This document shows positions 26,120 to 35,126 of a DNA stretch of 64,000 bases, in pieces. The translations under genes were made by a program, and so were the position numbers. The stretch's first letter is position 1. Each line of letters starts with the position of its first letter. Location of the stretch: the IMG/VR virus record IMGVR_UViG_3300028738_000014; one strand, given 5' to 3'. The DNA comes from a virus. The notes beneath the pieces are model-generated. The model had not been told where the DNA came from. It saw nothing but the letters and a program-made list of their open reading frames with translations, and did no database searches.

Positions 26120-26760
26120 TAGATAACAGGTTCGAGTACTAAACCTGATCCTTCAAGTACCGTTTCAAGTTCTTCAAGTTTTTTCTTTCTCTTGCCATGA
26201 CCTTTAATGATAAGATTACCATTAATCCCTGAAGCAGCATTAGAAAGTTCAATAGTCGCTTCGTTGGCTTTATCAAATTCAAATTCCTGTTGTTTTATAC
26301 CGAACTTATCATGAAAAAGATATTGATCTACTTCGTACGAACACATTTGAACATCCTGTCCAAGTTCTTCAGAGAATTCATAATCATCCTCGTACTTTGT
26401 AAAAGGAGCGATAAGATTCAGCACTTTTCCTGACTTGAGCAATTTTTGACCGATAATTGTCACACCTTCATGTTCGTCAGTTCCACCAATCACATAACCT
26501 GTGATCACATAATTATCCAATTGACTGATATCAAAATCACTGATTGTAGCGTGAGAGATTAAACTCATTTCAGGCTGCTCACATAACATTACTAAATGCA
26601 CTTTCATGCGATTAAACGAAGCGAGAAGATCAGCATGAATAATTCCGCTACAATCCTTGTTAACGGTATTAATATCAGTTGCTGTGTTCTCTTTAAAGAT
26701 CACGTTACAACGATCGTTTTTGATAGTCGCTTTACTAATTTCATTTTTTGTTACTTCCAT
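26119..26760 (-). CDS. hypothetical protein
   Basis: ORF; start overlaps helicase. Confidence 0.45.
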   Translation of the reverse strand: MEVTKNEISKATIKNDRCNVIFKENTATDINTVNKDCSGIIHADLLASFNRMKVHLVMLCEQPEMSLISHATISDFDISQLDNYVITGYVIGGTDEHEGVTIIGQKLLKSGKVLNLIAPFTKYEDDYEFSEELGQDVQMCSYEVDQYLFHDKFGIKQQEFEFDKANEATIELSNAASGINGNLIIKGHGKRKKKLEELETVLEGSGLVLEPVI

Positions 26761-26788
26761 AAAATTTATTTTGTTTAAAATTGAATTG

Positions 26789-26912
26789 TGGTGTGTACAG
26801 GATTCGAACCTGCACGTGTTCCTTTTCCAGTTTATTACGAGGGCTCGAACCTCGTCACACGTTAGCTATATTTCAAGCCTACTGTTGCGTCTACCAATTC
26901 CGCCAACACACC
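26789..26912 (-). ncRNA. 124-nt tRNA-like gene (type-II Leu/Ser-like arms with about 50-nt internal insertion)
   Basis: Minus-strand transcript has a perfect 7-bp acceptor GGUGUGU/ACACACC, D-arm GCGGAAUUGGUAGACGC identical to bacterial tRNA-Leu, T-arm GCAGG-UUCGAAU-CCUGU and a second GGUUCGAGCC hairpin; no canonical anticodon arm found. Confidence 0.5.
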
Positions 26913-26918
26913 GATTTA

Positions 26919-27152
26919 CTAAATATCTAACCACATTGCATTTGAAAAAGCAGATCGACCACAGACAGTACAGCATACACTACCACCACGTATCTCTTTT
27001 TCATACTTAACTTGATTATCGGGGGTATCAGGAACTTCTTCTTCATCTGAAAGAATTAGTACTAATCCATCCTCATTGCAAGTATGATCGGTAGGTTGTC
27101 CACCACACATGAAAGCTGTAGATGTTTCGCTTAATTGAATTATTTCACACAT
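26919..27152 (-). CDS. small Cys-rich protein
   Basis: C-x3-C...CC-x2-CG motifs. Confidence 0.4.
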   Translation of the reverse strand: MCEIIQLSETSTAFMCGGQPTDHTCNEDGLVLILSDEEEVPDTPDNQVKYEKEIRGGSVCCTVCGRSAFSNAMWLDI

Positions 27153-27162
27153 AATTTTATTT

Positions 27163-27543
27163 TTAAAATTGAGCCCCCGATAACTTCATTTCTTCTTTTG
27201 CATAACTAAGTAAAGTTATCATAGATGCTGATTGATGTGTACAGCTTGCGTTTAACCGGTCCAACCAATCAACTAAATAACTTTCTTCAATACAGATACT
27301 TTTTAATAGCGCGCTTTGAACAGCAGCCGCTAAATGAGCCTCTTTTGCGATGCTAATAATAGTCTTTTGAATCTCTGAAGTTTTCTTTGTGTTCAAAACC
27401 ATTTTTGCATCTGCCAACATTTTTCCTGTGCGTGCCGTATATACAGCCAGTTCCCGAATTCGTTGTTGAATTTCTGCCGGATTATCCGAACAATGGATTT
27501 CAAGATAATCTTGTATTTGCGTTGCTTCTTCGTTAAGTGTCAT
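27163..27543 (-). CDS. hypothetical protein
   Basis: ORF. Confidence 0.45.
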   Translation of the reverse strand: MTLNEEATQIQDYLEIHCSDNPAEIQQRIRELAVYTARTGKMLADAKMVLNTKKTSEIQKTIISIAKEAHLAAAVQSALLKSICIEESYLVDWLDRLNASCTHQSASMITLLSYAKEEMKLSGAQF

Positions 27544-27666
27544 TTATAATTTGTTTATTTGTGTCTGACATTAAAATATCGATTACTTTAAAAATACTCT
27601 GATCTCCAGTGTCGCAAAAAGCTGAGTCGAGATGAAGCATTATCTGATCAAGTTCGCCGGTTGTAA

Positions 27667-27930
27667 TTAGTATCGTATTATCTGAATTTTTGACCATGTG
27701 AGCTGTTTTTCAAGATCCTTGTTCTTATTCGTTACTTCTACTATTTCACGCTGTAAACGCTCGCATTGACGTTTGTAATAGGCTTCATTCGTCTTGTGAA
27801 TTTTACACTCTTTTTCAGCCTGATCAACTCTTGCAGTTACTGGATCGGTGAACTTTCCGTCTCCGGCTTTATAGAACTTCTTTTTCTTTGTTGAAATTTC
27901 CTGAATTTCGAATGGGAATAGATCGCTCAT
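27667..27930 (-). CDS. hypothetical coiled-coil protein
   Basis: ORF. Confidence 0.4.
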   Translation of the reverse strand: MSDLFPFEIQEISTKKKKFYKAGDGKFTDPVTARVDQAEKECKIHKTNEAYYKRQCERLQREIVEVTNKNKDLEKQLTWSKIQIIRY

Positions 27931-27936
27931 AGGATT

Positions 27937-29625
27937 TTATTTTAATGAAAATAAATTTATAATTGAGTCAATAGTAGATTCTTCAGTATTATCAACAGCC
28001 CCCGTACATGCTGAACTCATTTCGCGCTTATCATTTATAACCTGGTAAATATCTTCATCAATCGTATTTTTACCTAAGAAATAAGATATCTGTACAGCGT
28101 TTTTCTGACTAATACGGTGACAACGGTCTTCACATTGATCGGTATCGGCTGAATGCCATGGAAGCTCAATAAATGCCACGCGTGAAGCTGCTGTAAGGGT
28201 AATACCAACACCACCGGCTTTGTAGTTTACGAATATCAAATTATGATCGGTGGGAACAAATTCATGATCAGAATTAGAATGCCTTTCATATCGAGTATCA
28301 CAGACAGTACAGCGTTGGAATTTATGTATATTAGTATTCCTTTTTTCTGAACTTTCCGAACCGGTATAAAATAATGCAGTTGGATAGTAGCTTCTTAGTA
28401 CATCGGCCACCTCATTAAGATAGATGAACACGACAATCTTTTCACCGGATTCAAGTACATCATCAATATATTCCTTCACATCAGCAAGTTTTCCACGTGC
28501 CGAAATGTTTTTAAGTACTCCTATCTGAACCATTATTTTACCCTTCATACTTTTTGCAATCTGAGGTTCAGTTGCTTTTCGATATTCTCTCAAATAACTT
28601 TCAAGATCTGCCATTGCAGCATCGTATTCAGGTTGATTTGAAATATTGCAAAATACCTTTTGTCGAAATTTATCAGGTAACTCTTTGAGTACATCTTTCT
28701 TTTCTCTTCTGAAATAGCATTTATTCCGGAGTATTGAATTAATTTCCGGCCAACGCTCTTCATCGGCACACATTTCACGAAATGCAACGGATCCACCAAA
28801 CTCTTTCAGTTTATCAATGATCATAAGTTGAAACATTAGATCAACCGGTTTATTTACAATCGGGGTACCGCTGAGTAACTGGGTGAACTTACCTAATGCT
28901 ATCCCGTAGGATAATTTACTTTGTCGTGTTGTTTTATCTTTTACCCTGTGACTTTCATCGATAATTACCGATTTGAAAACATTTATACTTGGAAGAAAAT
29001 TAATGTGTTTAAGTAGCATTGTTTCCCCTTTTGGGGTCTCAATATTCAAAACGAAATACTTCTGTATTGATTCATAGTTGACGATAAATACATCATATAC
29101 ACCCATGTTATAAAATGTTTCCCAGGTGTGCTTTATTGAATCCGTAAGTATAACCGGTTTATGATCGGAGCAAAGTTTCCATTCCATTTCCCAGTTCAAT
29201 TTTAAAGAAGCCGGGCAAATAATAAGACAGGGAAATTCATTTTTAGCTATAACCGTTGCGATGCTTTGAAGAGTCTTTCCAAGTCCAGGAGCATCCCCAT
29301 TGATACAGCTACCGTGTTCAATCCCGTAAGCAATACCTTCTTTTTGATAATCGTAAGGTTTTAGCTTAAGATCAATATTTTGATTAAGCTTTGGCATTTC
29401 AGCAGGTGCATCGAAAACACGACGTTTTGAAATCTTTCCAGTCATATCAAAAGCATATTTCTGAGCGAACATCTGAACTTCAAATTCCCAACGGCGTGGA
29501 AGTTCCCAACGCTTCAATTTCGAATCATAATTTACATCCGGAAGTTTGGCTACAGCTGCCGATATCTTCCGATCGTAATCAAACTGAATTAAATACTTAT
29601 TTTCTTTTTCAACTACTATTCTCAT
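27937..29625 (-). CDS. SNF2-family helicase (paralogue 2)
   Basis: GDAPGLGKTLQSIA, DESHRVKD, QCEDRCHRISQ; start set at MRIVVEK by alignment with paralogue 1; track extends to 29655. Confidence 0.75.
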   Translation of the reverse strand: MRIVVEKENKYLIQFDYDRKISAAVAKLPDVNYDSKLKRWELPRRWEFEVQMFAQKYAFDMTGKISKRRVFDAPAEMPKLNQNIDLKLKPYDYQKEGIAYGIEHGSCINGDAPGLGKTLQSIATVIAKNEFPCLIICPASLKLNWEMEWKLCSDHKPVILTDSIKHTWETFYNMGVYDVFIVNYESIQKYFVLNIETPKGETMLLKHINFLPSINVFKSVIIDESHRVKDKTTRQSKLSYGIALGKFTQLLSGTPIVNKPVDLMFQLMIIDKLKEFGGSVAFREMCADEERWPEINSILRNKCYFRREKKDVLKELPDKFRQKVFCNISNQPEYDAAMADLESYLREYRKATEPQIAKSMKGKIMVQIGVLKNISARGKLADVKEYIDDVLESGEKIVVFIYLNEVADVLRSYYPTALFYTGSESSEKRNTNIHKFQRCTVCDTRYERHSNSDHEFVPTDHNLIFVNYKAGGVGITLTAASRVAFIELPWHSADTDQCEDRCHRISQKNAVQISYFLGKNTIDEDIYQVINDKREMSSACTGAVDNTEESTIDSIINLFSLK

Positions 29626-30269
29626 GGTCTTCCGTTTCCAAAAAATAAATGCCATTTGTAGGCTAATTCTAAATACTTTTGTTTCCCTTCTAAGTAGAAG
29701 TCTGATTCTTTATTTATAAATATTTTGAAGACTTTGTGATTTTTCTTCGAAATTCCTATTATCACATCTCTATCAGCTCCTTCAATGTCCATATACCATG
29801 CACGTGAGCGATCGTATTGAAAGAATTTACAAGCTGCTTCAAACTGCATCTGTGTTTCGGCAGCCGTACTCTTTATATCGCCTCCCCATTTCCAGTCATC
29901 CCGCCAAATATCCCACTTACATCTCCGATCGAGTTCAAATTCAACACCATTAAAATTCATTAACGCATTGCGCTGGATACTTATTTTTTGTGCATTTGCT
30001 CCACTCATTAGGTCAGAACAGAAAGGATCCCGCCAAAAGGCTTGTTTCATTTTAATGGTATTCTCAAAAGTTGCCTTTTTATAAATCACATCTTCCCGGG
30101 TTCTTTTGAAATAATCAACCTTATAAGATTCGGTTATCATGGCATCAAGAAGATTTCCATCGGCAAAGGCTTGTGTAGGATCCATCGGGTTTGATTTCGG
30201 ATTGAGTTGGTCCAATAACCAACCCAAATCCGAATTTGATACTTCAGGACGTTTAAAATAAGCGTCCAT
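29622..30269 (-). CDS. putative PD-(D/E)XK recombination nuclease
   Basis: GGDIKST (D-x-K) and upstream Asp residues; position next to RecT-like gene. Confidence 0.4.
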   Translation of the reverse strand: MDAYFKRPEVSNSDLGWLLDQLNPKSNPMDPTQAFADGNLLDAMITESYKVDYFKRTREDVIYKKATFENTIKMKQAFWRDPFCSDLMSGANAQKISIQRNALMNFNGVEFELDRRCKWDIWRDDWKWGGDIKSTAAETQMQFEAACKFFQYDRSRAWYMDIEGADRDVIIGISKKNHKVFKIFINKESDFYLEGKQKYLELAYKWHLFFGNGRP

Positions 30270-30532
30270 TACTCAGTTGCTTTTTTGATTGCTTTATCAA
30301 TAATGTTGTACGTGCTTGCGTTATCGTAGTTTACCCCAACTTTAAGCATTTCTGTCCTTGCAGACTTTAAAGCTTCAAGCAATTCAGGTGCAGCAGCGAT
30401 AAGCTTTGCGTTGGCTTCCATTTCTTCTTTATCCATCCAATCTGACATCTCGCAGATTCCTGACAAACCATCAGCAATATCTACATCGACTCTATAGCCT
30501 AGATTAATCCAATCTCCTTGTGTGTGTTTCAT
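30269..30532 (-). CDS. hypothetical protein
   Basis: ORF. Confidence 0.4.
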   Translation of the reverse strand: MKHTQGDWINLGYRVDVDIADGLSGICEMSDWMDKEEMEANAKLIAAAPELLEALKSARTEMLKVGVNYDNASTYNIIDKAIKKATE

Positions 30533-30534
30533 AG

Positions 30535-32082
30535 TTATTTCGCTTTATAAACCGGTTCGTAAACAAGTAATTTACTTTCAATTGTCACATCGTTTTTGAC
30601 AGCATACTTTTCGCAGAATGCCTTAATACGAGTGATTGACATGGATTCTATTTTGTCGTTGGTAAGGTTTTTACCTTCGTTTTCGAACCAAAAAGATATA
30701 AGTTGAAGATAACCGGCCGGATTCAGTACTTTGATATCATATCCCTCTTTTACTTTTGGTGCTTCAGTAAATAAATCAGCCTGAGTATCAACCATTGCAT
30801 TTACTGATTGTCCGGTTGCCTGAACAGTGGCAGCAGCTTCAGCTTTTAATTGTGATAACCTGGCTTCTTCCTTAAGTTTTTGCTTCTCCTCTTCTTTCCG
30901 AATACGTTCATTTTCTTCGTTTTCAGAAACAATACGTTGGCGTTCTTTTTCAGCGTTTATTGATTCAATACGTTCGGATTCTTTTTTTTCCATTGATTTT
31001 GCAAATTCAATCAAAGAAGGTATTTCTTTACATTCTTCTTTAATTGAAATAAAATCATTTTCGAGTTCCGGAATTGATTTTGTAGGCGTTACAAATAGTT
31101 CCAAATTATTTGATTCACTCGGAATGACATATCCAGTTCTTGCATAAACAAGCTGTTCAAAAGCAATTTTTAATTTCTCAGTTTTTTCTTTTTGTTCTGT
31201 TTCTGCCTTCTGTCTTGCCTGTTCGGATGCTAAATCTGCGAGCCGTTGACGTTCTTTTTCTTCCTCTTTTGCCTTTATATCGGCTAGACGTTGACGTTCC
31301 ACTTCTTCCAGTTGGTTTTTTTTCGAAGGAATCATATCGAGTAGTTCACGTTTGAATTCGGTAATTGATTTTTTAAAATCATCCATTGCCGTGTAGCAAA
31401 GTTGTTGAGCGATTTTTCCGGTAATCAATACTTTTTCTTCAGCAGTATGATGCCGAATAGCTAATTCTATTTGGACATAGAAAACAAATTGAGCATCGCT
31501 AAGATTATTATCAAATTTTTCTATTTCACTAGATGCAGTTTCGATATTGGAAAGAATAAGACCATTAAACCAGGCATTTTTTGTATTTTTAAAATTCATG
31601 ATATATTCAGAACTTGCCTGAGCATATCCAATACGATAAAGTCTTTCGATTTCGATAGCTTCCTGTTCTTTGGCAAGCTTCAATTGAGCCTGTTTTTCTG
31701 CTTCCTGTCGTTCTTTCATGATCTTAGTTGCATAATCGTTCCGGAGTGATTGGAGCGTGTCAATAGGAGTGTTTAAATCATTTTCCAATGATGTAAATTC
31801 CTTAGCAACTAATGTCATCATTTGAGTAAATGAAGAACGTTTATCGTTCATTGCCTTTTTTGTCTTCTTTACCTTATCAATATAGGATGCAAGTTGAGCA
31901 TCGATAATATCATTCATTCCCTGTTTTGCTAATGCAATTAACTCATTCCCTTTTTCAAGTGCTTTGGAGTATGATGTTTTGTTTTCTGCAAGAACTATTG
32001 GGGCTTGAGTCATAAGAGTTTTAAACTCTTCAATTTTTACTACGGATGTAGTTTCTGCGGGTAATGTTTGTGTTGTTTCCAT
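30535..32082 (-). CDS. large coiled-coil protein with internal KERQRLAD tandem repeats
   Basis: E/K/Q-rich; ERQRLADIKAKEEEKERQRLADL repeat. Confidence 0.5.
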   Translation of the reverse strand: METTQTLPAETTSVVKIEEFKTLMTQAPIVLAENKTSYSKALEKGNELIALAKQGMNDIIDAQLASYIDKVKKTKKAMNDKRSSFTQMMTLVAKEFTSLENDLNTPIDTLQSLRNDYATKIMKERQEAEKQAQLKLAKEQEAIEIERLYRIGYAQASSEYIMNFKNTKNAWFNGLILSNIETASSEIEKFDNNLSDAQFVFYVQIELAIRHHTAEEKVLITGKIAQQLCYTAMDDFKKSITEFKRELLDMIPSKKNQLEEVERQRLADIKAKEEEKERQRLADLASEQARQKAETEQKEKTEKLKIAFEQLVYARTGYVIPSESNNLELFVTPTKSIPELENDFISIKEECKEIPSLIEFAKSMEKKESERIESINAEKERQRIVSENEENERIRKEEEKQKLKEEARLSQLKAEAAATVQATGQSVNAMVDTQADLFTEAPKVKEGYDIKVLNPAGYLQLISFWFENEGKNLTNDKIESMSITRIKAFCEKYAVKNDVTIESKLLVYEPVYKAK

Positions 32083-32942
32083 TAAAATATTTCCTCCTCA
32101 TCTGTTTGGTTAGTAATTTGAATTGTTGCTGTTTTTTGTATTTCCTCAACGAATGTTTTTGGCTGTATTTCTTCCTGCTCATCGCCTTCGAAAGATATAT
32201 TCTCAGATACCTTCAGTTTGGTATAGGCCCTCATAGCATGTTTAATGCATTTTGCTTCCAAAAACCCAGGATCTATTTGGCCGTCATTCGCTTTGTAAAG
32301 AGAATTACCATCCTTTTGAGTTTTGGTTTTTGAGTAATTTGCTAACCTGGTAATATCATCTTCTAATAGCCATTTAAAATCAAGTCCATTGTGAGGAAGG
32401 ACAATACAGACATAAGCTCCAATAATTTTATTTGTCTTTCTTGGAATTGCAGGTAAGTAATCAACTTTAAGTTCTCCTCGTTCATTTGTACATGGTTGAA
32501 ATTTATCTCCATCATAAATAACTATTGGATTATTCATTCGGATGATTTGTCCTGACTTGATCCTGAGATTAAGCTCTCCGTAAGCAGTTACTACCAACCG
32601 AGCCACTTTTACCCAATTATCACGACCTTCTTTAGGTTGGTTTGCGGCTCTTGCTTCGAGATAGGAATCTGACTTACTTCCAGGTTGTAGAGAAAGTCCG
32701 GTAATAGCAACTTCGAAAAAAGCGGAACACAATGAAATTCCGGTGCTTTCTTTTAACCAGTCATTTTGAGATACCAGTCTTTTGAAATACCTGGATTCGC
32801 GTTCGTATGTTGCTTCAGAATCTTCCGGAGTAAACCGGTGCATTCTTACCAGTGTATCAATGAATGAATCTTTGATTGGTTGCTGATCCACGAGCGTGGT
32901 TTTGTCGACTACATTAAAGTCGGGTTTTAATTTTTCTGACAT
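32082..32942 (-). CDS. RecT-like single-strand annealing protein
   Basis: GISLCSAFFEVAITGLSLQPG...YLEA...VTAYGELNLRIKSGQI...IYDGDKF resembles the RecT core layout. Confidence 0.45.
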   Translation of the reverse strand: MSEKLKPDFNVVDKTTLVDQQPIKDSFIDTLVRMHRFTPEDSEATYERESRYFKRLVSQNDWLKESTGISLCSAFFEVAITGLSLQPGSKSDSYLEARAANQPKEGRDNWVKVARLVVTAYGELNLRIKSGQIIRMNNPIVIYDGDKFQPCTNERGELKVDYLPAIPRKTNKIIGAYVCIVLPHNGLDFKWLLEDDITRLANYSKTKTQKDGNSLYKANDGQIDPGFLEAKCIKHAMRAYTKLKVSENISFEGDEQEEIQPKTFVEEIQKTATIQITNQTDEEEIF

Positions 32943-32969
32943 GACTTTATTATTAGGTAAATTGTTGAT

Positions 32970-33194
32970 TTAATTTTTTGAAGTATTTTCGTAAAAACTG
33001 ATCAGTCGATCTACTGATATTTGTTTGATCTGCATGGTTTTGTAATTTTGAGAAGTATTGAAGAAGAAATATATTTGACGGGCATCTTGAAGTCTGTTTA
33101 TCGCTCCAACTATCATTTCTGATATGCATCGTAATTTTATTGCTTTATTACGCATTACAGAATTTATGTCTTTGTATTCATCAACTGATTTCAT
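32970..33194 (-). CDS. hypothetical protein
   Basis: ORF. Confidence 0.35.
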   Translation of the reverse strand: MKSVDEYKDINSVMRNKAIKLRCISEMIVGAINRLQDARQIYFFFNTSQNYKTMQIKQISVDRLISFYENTSKN

Positions 33195-33284
33195 TATATT
33201 ATATGAATTTAGTGTGCTGTTAGTTGAAGTAATATAAGCGTTAAAAATCCGAGAAAAAACAATGCGATAAGCGCATATTTAAGA

Positions 33285-33572
33285 CTATCTTTTTTCATTT
33301 TCAACTATTTTAGGTGATTTTATAAAAAGTCCTTTTTCATCCCGGTACCGGTGAAGCTTTGCTTCGAGATTCTCATTGACCTTAGTGAGCATTTTAGCTT
33401 TAAATTCCAGCGTTTTAATTTCGCTATTTACTTTGATAATCATTTTATCTCGAATACTGATTTGCTCTTCCAGTTTCTCAATAATTGATTTTGATTCTTT
33501 AGCCAGGGACTTTTCAATAATTACAAAACAAACGATTAATAAAATTACTGATAGTACGTAGATTGCTGTCAT
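33285..33572 (-). CDS. membrane-anchored coiled-coil protein
   Basis: N-terminal TM then heptads. Confidence 0.4.
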   Translation of the reverse strand: MTAIYVLSVILLIVCFVIIEKSLAKESKSIIEKLEEQISIRDKMIIKVNSEIKTLEFKAKMLTKVNENLEAKLHRYRDEKGLFIKSPKIVENEKR

Positions 33573-33576
33573 ACGA

Positions 33577-33819
33577 TTAGTTTTGAATTGAATAACTAAC
33601 AGGGATTAAAGATCCGTTTTTGGCGAAATTGGTGAGTAGTTGCTCATAGGTTTCAAGCAACATTCCAGTAGTAGTAAATGAACCGGTTGTTTTACCGTCT
33701 ACCATGGTCGTGGCTTGATTATTTGTCTTGTCTAATACAATTACACGATTCTTCTCAAAAGTGTGAATCATGCGGGTGTCTGTGTGAATTGTTGTCCACT
33801 GAAAATTAGGTTTTGCCAT
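33577..33819 (-). CDS. hypothetical protein
   Basis: ORF. Confidence 0.4.
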   Translation of the reverse strand: MAKPNFQWTTIHTDTRMIHTFEKNRVIVLDKTNNQATTMVDGKTTGSFTTTGMLLETYEQLLTNFAKNGSLIPVSYSIQN

Positions 33820-33916
33820 TGTGATTAAGTTTATGTGAGTTTAATTGATTTTGGTAGGTTTGAAACTGACTTTGCGAGTTATATTTCAACACCCTGCAAC
33901 ACTTTGCCGGGGTACC

Positions 33917-34111
33917 TTATTTATTTTGTCTTCTTAATTGTTTTTTATCGAAATTATTAGAAAGTCTGGCGAATAGTTCATCTCTTTTGCTTACTTTCTT
34001 TATTTTTTCAGGAGCGTTGATAATTGAGTTTAATTCACCCATTATGCCTTGTAGTTGAGATCCTAATTCCTGAAGTCGGATAGCTGCTATTTTTTCCTTA
34101 TCTACTGTCAT
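33917..34111 (-). CDS. hypothetical protein
   Basis: ORF. Confidence 0.35.
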   Translation of the reverse strand: MTVDKEKIAAIRLQELGSQLQGIMGELNSIINAPEKIKKVSKRDELFARLSNNFDKKQLRRQNK

Positions 34112-34284
34112 GATCTAAATGAAATGAGAATAACATCGATTGCAAAATGCTTCATAAGATTCTCCATTTTCAGAGTTCTTTTCAAAGTCTTCTTTTTGCA
34201 TTACTGAAGCTATTGCGATAGGTCCGAAAACACATAATAAAATGAATGCTAAGAATAATAAGAATAGTATCATAGAAGTAGTAT

Positions 34285-34719
34285 TTAAGAGTATATTAGA
34301 TAATCGATTAATAACTCACTTTCCATTTCCTTTAGTCTTCCGGATGTCCTTGTCCGGCTTGTTTTTTCAGTTCGGTTTTCTTTTGCTGAAATAGATCTTC
34401 TTCTATTCATTTTGCAATCCGAAAAGTAAAGTTGTGCTGAAAACAGGAAGAGAAGAGCGATACATCCAAGTTGTCGCTTAAGTGGGGAAAGATCCATTGA
34501 TATATTGAATTCGTGGCAGAAAAACCATGCTGATAATTCATTTACTTTCGTGACTCCTGTTTTTTCAAATACCTTTCTAAAAGTATTTTCAACCGTTCTG
34601 ATTGATACGTGGAGTAGATTAGAAATATCCTTCTTAGTCGCTCCCCATGCAGCATATTTCGTCATTTCAAATTCACGCTTACCAAGCTTAGCTGTCATAT
34701 TCATATTTACACCCCCCAA
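34285..34719 (-). CDS. LuxR-type HTH regulator
   Basis: GATKKDISNLLHVSIRTVENTFRKVFEK resembles LuxR/sigma region-4 HTH. Confidence 0.45.
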   Translation of the reverse strand: MGGVNMNMTAKLGKREFEMTKYAAWGATKKDISNLLHVSIRTVENTFRKVFEKTGVTKVNELSAWFFCHEFNISMDLSPLKRQLGCIALLFLFSAQLYFSDCKMNRRRSISAKENRTEKTSRTRTSGRLKEMESELLIDYLIYS

Positions 34720-34919
34720 ATAGATTTAATCCCATGTGCTTTAAAGATCCTTTCGATTGCTTCAGCTTCAGAAACTCTAGGTTCAATTTCACCTTTTAGC
34801 CTCATACCCCATGCATAGCGGGTTGTGATACCCAATGCTTCCATAATTTCGGTCTTGACAATTTTAATGTCTTTCTGTTGTACTTGACCGAATCCTTTTT
34901 TAAATGAATACTTGTTCAT
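34707..34919 (-). CDS. Cro-like small regulator
   Basis: 70-aa first gene of the leftward operon, divergent from CI-like gene. Confidence 0.45.
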   Translation of the reverse strand: MNKYSFKKGFGQVQQKDIKIVKTEIMEALGITTRYAWGMRLKGEIEPRVSEAEAIERIFKAHGIKSIWGV

Positions 34920-35126
34920 ATATTTTGTAGTTTTTATTTTAATTTTTCGTTGTTATATTCAAATAATAGCGTATTTTTGCTATTTCATATTGTTTGTAGC
35001 TGCATTACATTTGCATATTCATTTATTACATGGTGCAAATATATACTAATGCTATGTAACTACAAAATAATACATAGTATATCTATGCACGTTTAACTTT
35101 ATTTATACTTCTGAAAATTTTAAAAA
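34920..35126. promoter_or_regulatory. divergent promoter/operator region of the lysogeny switch
   Basis: TATTTTTG (+) at 34969-34976; CAAATATA (= TATATTTG on -) at 35035-35042; direct repeats TTACATTTGCATAT / TTACATGGTGCAAATAT; TGTA-N-TACA palindromes. Confidence 0.5.

Noticed and set aside
26789-26912. Reading the tRNA-like region as two adjacent tRNAs
   Set aside because: Only one pair of complementary acceptor strands exists (GGTGTGT/ACACACC). The internal GGTTCGAGCC hairpin has no matching acceptor or D-arm.
27544-27666. 35-codon ORF in the gap between 27163..27543 and 27667..27930
   Set aside because: Short, out of frame with neighbours, no conserved features. More likely non-coding spacer with terminator-like sequence.
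29626-29655. N-terminal extension MAFIFWKRKT of the second SNF2 helicase
   Set aside because: The paralogue alignment starts at MRIVVEK (29625). The extension runs through an A-homopolymer where my reading of the printed sequence (5 A) disagrees with the track (6 A), so it looks like an upstream in-frame artefact.
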